Positions 12,301-24,300 of a stretch of 64,000 bases of DNA are shown one piece after another. Every line of letters starts with the position of its first letter. The stretch's first letter is position 1. Location of the stretch: the NCBI GenBank assembly GCA_965637545.1, contig OZ281501.1, positions 8,990,001-9,054,000 of the forward strand, read 5' to 3'. The notes beneath the pieces were generated by a model. It searched no databases and was not told the origin of the DNA. It worked only from the letters and a program-made list of their open reading frames with translations. Position numbers and translations under genes: made by a program. The DNA comes from Phallusia mammillata (Eukaryota).

Positions 12301-15300
12301 ACACAGCCGTTTGTATTAAAAACGGTGTGTTCGAGATACGATATACTTGTCCCACGACCGAAAGCACCAAACCCAATGAAGCAACCGAAGCCACTGAAAC
12401 TACAACTAAAGAGCCTGGTTGCATGTACAACGGCGTCCAGGTTGCTGTCGGAGTTGTTGTGGAAAACGGAACTTGTTACAAAGTTGTTTGCTATCACGAC
12501 CGTGTTTTCAGGAAAGAGAGTACCTGCACAACTCCGTATATTGACACAACTACACTTGGCACAACTGAAACTGTAGAAACAACCACTCGTGCTATTTCAG
12601 GCTGTTTGGTCGACGGCGTGCTTCATATGGATGTCGGAGCAGAAGTTGTTATCGACGCTTGCAACATTGCCATATGTATCAATGATGGTTTATACGAAAT
12701 ACGATACACGTGCAAAACACCAGACACCACTCCGATTACGGAAACGACCACCATTGAGAACGGATGCATCCACGACGGAGTACAGATTGCTGTTGGTGTT
12801 GTGATCGAGAATGGTACATGTTATAAAGTGGTTTGCTACCACAACAATGTATTGAGAAACGAGACCACATGTACTACTCCACATCCGGGAACATCCACAG
12901 AATCGACTCCAACGGCCATCACTGGTTGCGAAATCGATGGAGAGCATGTCGACGTTGGTGATGAGTTGGTTACTGACGATTGCCACACAGCCGTTTGTAT
13001 TAAAAACGGTGTGTTCGAGATACGATATACTTGTCCCACGACCGAAAGCACCAAACCCAATGAAGCAACCGAAGCCACTGAAACTACAACTAAAGAGCCT
13101 GGTTGCATGTACAACGGCGTGCAGGTTGCTGTCGGAGTTGTTGTGGAAAACGGAACTTGTTACAAAGTTGTTTGCTATCACGACCGTGTTTTCAGGAAAG
13201 AGAGTACCTGCACAACTCCGTATATTGACACAACTACACTTGGCACAACTGAAACTGTAGAAACAACCACTCGTGCTATTTCAGGCTGTTTGGTCGACGG
13301 CGTGCTTCATATGGATGTCGGAGCAGAAGTTGTTATCGACGCTTGCAACATTGCCATATGTATCAATGATGGTTTATACGAAATACGATACACGTGCAAA
13401 ACACCAGACACCACTCCGATTACGGAAACGACCACCATTGAGAACGGATGCATCCACGACGGAGTACAGATTGCTGTTGGTGTTGTGATCGAGAATGGTA
13501 CATGTTATAAAGTGGTTTGCTACCACAACAATGTATTGAGAAACGAGACCACATGTACTACTCCACATCCGGGAACATCCACAGAATCGACTCCAACGGC
13601 CATCACTGGTTGCGAAATCGATGGAGAGCATGTCGACGTTGGTGATGAGTTGGTTACTGACGATTGCCACACAGCCGTTTGTATTAAAAACGGTGTGTTC
13701 GAGATACGATATACTTGTCCCACGCCTGAAAGCACGAAACCAATCGAAACAACCAAAGCTACCGAAACTACAACTAAAGAGCCTGGTTGCATGTACAACG
13801 GCGTCCAGGTTGCTGTCGGAGTTGTTGTCGAAAACGGAACTTGTTACAAAGTTGTTTGCTATCACGACCGTGTTTTCAGGAAAGAGAGTACCTGCACAAC
13901 TCCACATAGTGTCAGTGACACAACTACACTTGGCACAACTGAAACTGTAGAAACAACCACTCGTGCTATTTCAGGCTGTTTGGTCGACGGCGTGCTTCAT
14001 ATGGATGTCGGAGCAGAAGTTGTTATCGACGCTTGCAACATTGCCATATGTATCAATGATGGTTTATACGAAATACGATACACGTGCAAAACACCAGACA
14101 CCACTCCGATTACGGAAACGACCACCATTGAGAACGGATGTATCCACGACGGAGTACAGATTGCTGTTGGTGTTGTGATCGAGAATGGTACATGTTATAA
14201 AGTGGTTTGCTACCACAACAATGTATTGAGAAACGAGACCACATGTACTACTCCACATCCGGGAACATCCACAGAATCGACTCCAACGGCCATCACTGGT
14301 TGCGAAATCGATGGAGAGCATGTCGACGTTGGTGATGAGTTGGTTACTGACGATTGCCACACAGCCGTTTGTATTAAAAACGGTGTGTTCGAGATACGAT
14401 ATACTTGTCCCACGACCGAAAGCACCAAACCCAATGAAGCAACCGAAGCCACTGAAACTACAACTAAAGAGCCTGGTTGCATGTACAACGGCGTGCAGGT
14501 TGCTGTCGGAGTTGTTGTGGAAAACGGAACTTGTTACAAAGTTGTTTGCTATCACGACCGTGTTTTCAGGAAAGAGAGTACCTGCACAACTCCGTATATT
14601 GACACAACTACACTTGGCACAACTGAAACTGTAGAAACAACCACTCGTGCTATTTCAGGCTGTTTGGTCGACGGCGTGCTTCATATGGATGTCGGAGCAG
14701 AAGTTGTTATCGACGCTTGCAACATTGCCATATGTATCAATGATGGTTTATACGAAATACGATACACGTGCAAAACACCAGACACCACTCCGATTACGGA
14801 AACGACCACCATTGAGAACGGATGCATCCACGACGGAGTACAGATTGCTGTTGGTGTTGTGATCGAGAATGGTACATGTTATAAAGTGGTTTGCTACCAC
14901 AACAATGTATTGAGAAACGAGACCACATGTACTACTCCACATCCGGGAACATCCACAGAATCGACTCCAACGGCCATCACTGGTTGCGAAATCGATGGAG
15001 AGCATGTCGACGTTGGTGATGAGTTGGTTACTGACGATTGCCACACAGCCGTTTGTATTAAAAACGGTGTGTTCGAGATACGATATACTTGTCCCACGAC
15101 CGAAAGCACCAAACCCAATGAAGCAACCGAAGCCACTGAAACTACAACTAAAGAGCCTGGTTGCATGTACAACGGCGTGCAGGTTGCTGTCGGAGTTGTT
15201 GTGGAAAACGGAACTTGTTACAAAGTTGTTTGCTATCACGACCGTGTTTTCAGGAAAGAGAGTACCTGCACAACTCCACATAGTGTCAGTGACACAACTA

Positions 15301-18300
15301 CACTTGGCACAACTGAAACTGTAGAAACAACCACTCGTGCTATTTCAGGCTGTTTGGTCGACGGCGTGCTTCATATGGATGTCGGAGCAGAAGTTGTTAT
15401 CGACGCTTGCAACATTGCCATATGTATCAATGATGGTTTATACGAAATACGATACACGTGCAAAACACCAGACACCACTCCGATTACGGAAACGACCACC
15501 ATTGAGAACGGATGTATCCACGACGGAGTACAGATTGCTGTTGGTGTTGTGATCGAGAATGGTACATGTTATAAAGTGGTTTGCTACCACAACAATGTAT
15601 TGAGAAACGAGACCACATGTACTACTCCACATCCGGGAACATCCACAGAATCGACTCCAACGGCCATCACTGGTTGCGAAATCGATGGAGAGCATGTCGA
15701 CGTTGGTGATGAGTTGGTTACTGACGATTGCCACACAGCCGTTTGTATTAAAAACGGTGTGTTCGAGATACGATATACTTGTCCCACGACCGAAAGCACC
15801 AAACCCAATGAAGCAACCGAAGCCACTGAAACTACAACTAAAGAGCCTGGTTGCATGTACAACGGCGTGCAGGTTGCTGTCGGAGTTGTTGTGGAAAACG
15901 GAACTTGTTACAAAGTTGTTTGCTATCACGACCGTGTTTTCAGGAAAGAGAGTACCTGCACAACTCCGCATAGTGTCAGTGACACAACTACACTTGGCAC
16001 AACTGAAACTGTAGAAACAACCACTCGTGCTATTTCAGGCTGTTTGGTCGACGGCGTGCTTCATATGGATGTCGGAGCAGAAGTTGTTATCGACGCTTGC
16101 AACGTTGCCATATGTATCAATGATGGTTTATACGAAATACGATACACGTGCAAAACACCAGACACCACTCCGATTACGGAAACGACCACCATTGAGAACG
16201 GATGCATCCACGACGGAGTACAGATTGCTGTTGGTGTTGTGATCGAGAATGGTACATGTTATAAAGTGGTTTGCTACCACAACAATGTATTGAGAAACGA
16301 GACCACATGTACTACTCCACATCCGGGAACATCCACAGAATCGACTCCAACGGCCATCACTGGTTGCGAAATCGATGGAGAGCATGTCGACGTTGGTGAT
16401 GAGTTGGTTACTGACGATTGCCACACAGCCGTTTGTATTAAAAACGGTGTGTTCGAGATACGATATACTTGTCCCACGACCGAAAGCACCAAACCCAATG
16501 AAGCAACCGAAGCCACTGAAACTACAACTAAAGAGCCTGGTTGCATGTACAACGGCGTGCAGGTTGCTGTCGGAGTTGTTGTGGAAAACGGAACTTGTTA
16601 CAAAGTTGTTTGCTATCACGACCGTGTTTTCAGGAAAGAGAGTACCTGCACAACTCCACATAGTGTCAGTGACACAACTACACTTGGCACAACTGAAACT
16701 GTAGAAACAACCACTCGTGCTATTTCAGGCTGTTTGGTCGACGGCGTGCTTCATATGGATGTCGGAGCAGAAGTTGTTATCGACGCTTGCAACATTGCCA
16801 TATGTATCAATGATGGTTTATACGAAATACGATACACGTGCAAAACACCAGACACCACTCCGATTACGGAAACGACCACCATTGAGAACGGATGCATCCA
16901 CGACGGAGTACAGATTGCTGTTGGTGTTGTGATCGAGAATGGTACATGTTATAAAGTGGTTTGCTACCACAACAATGTATTGAGAAACGAGACCACATGT
17001 ACTACTCCACATCCGGGAACATCCACAGAATCGACTCCAACGGCCATCACTGGTTGCGAAATCGATGGAGAGCATGTCGACGTTGGTGATGAGTTGGTTA
17101 CTGACGATTGCCACACAGCCGTTTGTATTAAAAACGGTGTGTTCGAGATACGATATACTTGTCCCACGACCGAAAGCACCAAACCCAATGAAGCAACCGA
17201 AGCCACTGAAACTACAACTAAAGAGCCTGGTTGCATGTACAACGGCGTGCAGGTTGCTGTCGGAGTTGTTGTGGAAAACGGAACTTGTTACAAAGTTGTT
17301 TGCTATCACGACCGTGTTTTCAGGAAAGAGAGTACCTGCACAACTCCGCATAGTGTCAGTGACACAACTACACTTGGCACAACTGAAACTGTAGAAACAA
17401 CCACTCGTGCTATTTCAGGCTGTTTGGTCGACGGCGTGCTTCATATGGATGTCGGAGCAGAAGTTGTTATCGACGCTTGCAACGTTGCCATATGTATCAA
17501 TGATGGTTTATACGAAATACGATACACGTGCAAAACACCAGACACCACTCCGATTACGGAAACGACCACCATTGAGAACGGATGCATCCACGACGGAGTA
17601 CAGATTGCTGTTGGTGTTGTGATCGAGAATGGTACATGTTATAAAGTGGTTTGCTACCACAACAATGTATTGAGAAACGAGACCACATGTACTACTCCAC
17701 ATCCGGGAACATCCACAGAATCGACTCCAACGGCCATCACTGGTTGCGAAATCGATGGAGAGCATGTCGACGTTGGTGATGAGTTGGTTACTGACGATTG
17801 CCACACAGCCGTTTGTATTAAAAACGGTGTGTTCGAGATACGATATACTTGTCCCACGACCGAAAGCACCAAACCCAATGAAGCAACCGAAGCCACTGAA
17901 ACTACAACTAAAGAGCCTGGTTGCATGTACAACGGCGTGCAGGTTGCTGTCGGAGTTGTTGTGGAAAACGGAACTTGTTACAAAGTTGTTTGCTATCACG
18001 ACCGTGTTTTCAGGAAAGAGAGTACCTGCACAACTCCGTATATTGACACAACTACACTTGGCACAACTGAAACTGTAGAAACAACCACTCGTGCTATTTC
18101 AGGCTGTTTGGTCGACGGCGTGCTTCATATGGATGTCGGAGCAGAAGTTGTTATCGACGCTTGCAACATTGCCATATGTATCAATGATGGTTTATACGAA
18201 ATACGATACACGTGCAAAACACCAGACACCACTCCGATTACGGAAACGACCACCATTGAGAACGGATGCATCCACGACGGAGTACAGATTGCTGTTGGTG

Positions 18301-21300
18301 TTGTGATCGAGAATGGTACATGTTATAAAGTGGTTTGCTACCACAACAATGTATTGAGAAACGAGACCACATGTACTACTCCACATCCGGGAACATCCAC
18401 AGAATCGACTCCAACGGCCATCACTGGTTGCGAAATCGATGGAGAGCATGTCGACGTTGGTGATGAGTTGGTTACTGACGATTGCCACACAGCCGTTTGT
18501 ATTAAAAACGGTGTGTTCGAGATACGATATACTTGTCCCACGACCGAAAGCACCAAACCCAATGAAGCAACCGAAGCCACTGAAACTACAACTAAAGAGC
18601 CTGGTTGCATGTACAACGGCGTGCAGGTTGCTGTCGGAGTTGTTGTGGAAAACGGAACTTGTTACAAAGTTGTTTGCTATCACGACCGTGTTTTCAGGAA
18701 AGAGAGTACCTGCACAACTCCGTATATTGACACAACTACACTTGGCACAACTGAAACTGTAGAAACAACCACTCGTGCTATTTCAGGCTGTTTGGTCGAC
18801 GGCGTGCTTCATATGGATGTCGGAGCAGAAGTTGTTATCGACGCTTGCAACATTGCCATATGTATCAATGATGGTTTATACGAAATACGATACACGTGCA
18901 AAACACCAGACACCACTCCGATTACGGAAACGACCACCATTGAGAACGGATGTATCCACGACGGAGTACAGATTGCTGTTGGTGTTGTGATCGAGAATGG
19001 TACATGTTATAAAGTGGTTTGCTACCACAACAATGTATTGAGAAACGAGACCACATGTACTACTCCACATCCGGGAACATCCACAGAATCGACTCCAACG
19101 GCCATCACTGGTTGCGAAATCGATGGAGAGCATGTCGACGTTGGTGATGAGTTGGTTACTGACGATTGCCACACAGCCGTTTGTATTAAAAACGGTGTGT
19201 TCGAGATACGATATACTTGTCCCACGACCGAAAGCACCAAACCCAATGAAGCAACCGAAGCCACTGAAACTACAACTAAAGAGCCTGGTTGCATGTACAA
19301 CGGCGTGCAGGTTGCTGTCGGAGTTGTTGTGGAAAACGGAACTTGTTACAAAGTTGTTTGCTATCACGACCGTGTTTTCAGGAAAGAGAGTACCTGCACA
19401 ACTCCGTATATTGACACAACTACACTTGGCACAACTGAAACTGTAGAAACAACCACTCGTGCTATTTCAGGCTGTTTGGTCGACGGCGTGCTTCATATGG
19501 ATGTCGGAGCAGAAGTTGTTATCGACGCTTGCAACATTGCCATATGTATCAATGATGGTTTATACGAAATACGATACACGTGCAAAACACCAGACACCAC
19601 TCCGATTACGGAAACGACCACCATTGAGAACGGATGCATCCACGACGGAGTACAGATTGCTGTTGGTGTTGTGATCGAGAATGGTACATGTTATAAAGTG
19701 GTTTGCTACCACAACAATGTATTGAGGAACGAGACCACATGTACTACTCCACATCCGGGAACATCCACAGAATCGACTCCAACGGCCATCACTGGTTGCG
19801 AAATCGATGGAGAGCATGTCGACGTTGGTGATGAGTTGGTTACTGACGATTGCCACACAGCCGTTTGTATTAAAAACGGTGTGTTCGAGATACGATATAC
19901 TTGTCCCACGACCGAAATCACCAAACCCAATGAAGCAACCGAAGCCACTGAAACTACAACTAAAGAGCCTGGTTGCATGTACAACGGCGTGCAGGTTGCT
20001 GTCGGAGTTGTTGTGGAAAACGGAACTTGTTACAAAGTTGTTTGCTATCACGACCGTGTTTTCAGGAAAGAGAGTACCTGCACAACTCCGTATATTGACA
20101 CAACTACACTTGGCACAACTGAAACTGTAGAAACAACCACTCGTGCTATTTCAGGCTGTTTGGTCGACGGCGTGCTTCATATGGATGTCGGAGCAGAAGT
20201 TGTTATCGACGCTTGCAACATTGCCATATGTATCAATGATGGTTTATACGAAATACGATACACGTGCAAAACACCAGATACCACTCCGATTACGGAAACG
20301 ACCACCATTGAGAACGGATGCATCCACGACGGAGTACAGATTGCTGTTGGTGTTGTGATCGAGAATGGTACATGTTATAAAGTGGTTTGCTACCACAACA
20401 ATGTATTGAGAAACGAGACCACATGTACTACTCCACATCCGGGAACATCCACAGAATCGACTCCAACGGCCATCACTGGTTGCGAAATCGATGGAGAGCA
20501 TGTCGACGTTGGTGATGAGTTGGTTACTGACGATTGCCACACAGCCGTTTGTATTAAAAACGGTGTGTTCGAGATACGATATACTTGTCCCACGACCGAA
20601 ATCACCAAACCCAATGAAGCAACCGAAGCCACTGAAACTACAACTAAAGAGCCTGGTTGCATGTACAACGGCGTGCAGGTTGCTGTCGGAGTTGTTGTGG
20701 AAAACGGAACTTGTTACAAAGTTGTTTGCTATCACGACCGTGTTTTCAGGAAAGAGAGTACCTGCACAACTCCGTATATTGACACAACTACACTTGGCAC
20801 AACTGAAACTGTAGAAACAACCACTCGTGCTATTTCAGGCTGTTTGGTCGACGGCGTGCTTCATATGGATGTCGGAGCAGAAGTTGTTATCGACGCTTGC
20901 AACATTGCCATATGTATCAATGATGGTTTATACGAAATACGATACACGTGCAAAACACCAGACACCACTCCGATTACGGAAACGACCACCATTGAGAACG
21001 GATGCATCCACGACGGAGTACAGATTGCTGTTGGTGTTGTGATCGAGAATGGTACATGTTATAAAGTGGTTTGCTACCACAACAATGTATTGAGAAACGA
21101 GACCACATGTACTACTCCACATCCGGGAACATCCACAGAATCGACTCCAACGGCCATCACTGGTTGCGAAATCGATGGAGAGCATGTCGACGTTGGTGAT
21201 GAGTTGGTTACTGACGATTGCCACACAGCCGTTTGTATTAAAAACGGTGTGTTCGAGATACGATATACTTGTCCCACGACCGAAAGCACCAAACCCAATG

Positions 21301-24300
21301 AAGCAACCGAAGCCACTGAAACTACAACTAAAGAGCCTGGTTGCATGTACAACGGCGTGCAGGTTGCTGTCGGAGTTGTTGTGGAAAACGGAACTTGTTA
21401 CAAAGTTGTTTGCTATCACGACCGTGTTTTCAGGAAAGAGAGTACCTGCACAACTCCGCATAGTGTCAGTGACACAACTACACTTGGCACAACTGAAACT
21501 GTAGAAACAACCACTCGTGCTATTTCAGGCTGTTTGGTCGACGGCGTGCTTCATATGGATGTCGGAGCAGAAGTTGTTATCGACGCTTGCAACGTTGCCA
21601 TATGTATCAATGATGGTTTATACGAAATACGATACACGTGCAAAACACCAGACACCACTCCGATTACGGAAACGACCACCATCGAGAACGGATGTATCCA
21701 CGACGGAGTACAGATTGCTGTTGGTGTTGTGATCGAGAATGGTACATGTTATAAAGTGGTTTGCTACCACAACAATGTATTGAGAAACGAGACCACATGT
21801 ACTACTCCACATCCGGGAACATCCACAGAATCGACTCCAACGGCCATCATTGGTTGCGAAATCGATGGAGAGCATGTCGACGTTGGTGATGAGTTGGTTA
21901 CTGACGATTGCCACACAGCCGTTTGTATTAAAAACGGTGTGTTTGAGATACGATATACTTGTCCCACGACCGAAATCACCAAACCCAATGAAGCAACCGA
22001 AGCCACTGAAACTACAACTAAAGAGCCTGGTTGCATGTACAACGGCGTGCAGGTTGCTGTCGGAGTTGTTGTGGAAAACGGAACTTGTTACAAAGTTGTT
22101 TGCTATCACGACCGTGTTTTCAGGAAAGAGAGTACCTGCACAACTCCGTATATTGACACAACTACACTTGGCACAACTGAAACTGTAGAAACAACCACTC
22201 GTGCTATTTCAGGCTGTTTGGTCGACGGCGTGCTTCATATGGATGTCGGAGCAGAAGTTGTTATCGACGCTTGCAACATTGCCATATGTATCAATGATGG
22301 TTTATACGAGATACGATACACGTGCAAAACACCAGACACCACTCCGATTACGGAAACGACCACCATTGAGAACGGATGCATCCACGACGGAGTACAGATT
22401 GCTGTTGGTGTTGTGATCGAGAATGGTACATGTTATAAAGTGGTTTGCTACCACAACAATGTATTGAGAAACGAGACCACATGTACTACTCCACATCCGG
22501 GAACATCCACAGAATCGACTCCAACGGCCATCACTGGTTGCGAAATCGATGGAGAGCATGTCGACGTTGGTGATGAGTTGGTTACTGACGATTGCCACAC
22601 AGCCGTTTGTATTAAAAACGGTGTGTTCGAGATACGATATACTTGTCCCACGACCGAAATCACCAAACCCAATGAAGCAACCGAAGCCACTGAAACTACA
22701 ACTAAAGAGCCTGGTTGCATGTACAACGGCGTGCAGGTTGCTGTCGGAGTTGTTGTGGAAAACGGAACTTGTTACAAAGTTGTTTGCTATCACGACCGTG
22801 TTTTCAGGAAAGAGAGTACCTGCACAACTCCGTATATTGACACAACTACACTTGGCACAACTGAAACTGTAGAAACAACCACTCGTGCTATTTCAGGCTG
22901 TTTGGTCGACGGCGTGCTTCATATGGATGTCGGAGCAGAAGTTGTTATCGACGCTTGCAACGTTGCCATATGTATCAATGATGGTTTATACGAAATACGA
23001 TACACGTGCAAAACACCAGACACCACTCCGATTACGGAAACGACCACCATTGAGAACGGATGCATTCACGACGGAGTACAGATTGCTGTTGGTGTTGTGA
23101 TCGAGAATGGTACATGTTATAAAGTGGTTTGCTACCACAACAATGTATTGAGAAACGAGACCACATGTACTACTCCACATCCGGGAACATCCACAGAATC
23201 GACTCCAACGGCCATCAATGGTTGCGAAATCGATGGAGAGCATGTCGACGTTGGTGATGAGTTGGTTACTGACGATTGCCACACAGCCGTTTGTATTAAA
23301 AACGGTGTGTTCGAGATACGATATACTTGTCCCACGACCGAAAGCACCAAACCCATTGAAACAACCGAAGCCACTGAAACTACAACTAAAGAGCCTGGTT
23401 GCATGTACAACGGTGTGCAGGTTGCTGTCGGAGTTGTTGTGGAAAACGGAACTTGTTACAAAGTTGTTTGCTATCACGACCGTGTTTTCAGGAAAGAGAG
23501 TACCTGCACAACTCCGCATAGTGACACAACTACACTTGGCACAACTGAAACTGTAGAAACAACCACTCGTGCTATTTCAGGCTGTTTGGTCGACGGCGTG
23601 CTTCATATGGATGTCGGAGCAGAAGTTGTTATCGACGCTTGCAACGTTGCCATATGTATCAATGATGGTTTATACGAAATACGATACACGTGCAAAACAC
23701 CAGACACCACTCCGATTACGGAAACGACCACCATTGAGAACGGATGTATCCACGACGGAGTACAGATTGCTGTTGGTGTTGTGATCGAGAATGGTACATG
23801 TTATAAAGTGGTTTGCTACCACAACAATGTATTGAGAAACGAGACCACATGTACTACTCCACATCCGGGAACATCCACAGAATCGACTCCAACGGCCATC
23901 ACTGGTTGCGAAATCGATGGAGAGCATGTCGACGTTGGTGATGAGTTGGTTACTGACGATTGCCACACAGCCGTTTGTATTAAAAACGGTGTGTTCGAGA
24001 TACGATATACTTGTCCCACGACCGAAAGCACCAAACCCATTGAAACAACCGAAGCCACTGAAACTACAACTAAAGAGCCTGGTTGCATGTACAACGGCGT
24101 GCAGGTTGCTGTCGGAGTTGTTGTGGAAAACGGAACTTGTTACAAAGTTGTTTGCTATCACGACCGTGTTTTCAGGAAAGAGAGTACCTGCACAACTCCA
24201 CATAGTGTCAGTGACACAACTACACTTGGCACAACTGAAACTGTAGAAACAACCACTCGTGCTATTTCAGGCTGTTTGGTCGACGGCGTGCTTCATATGG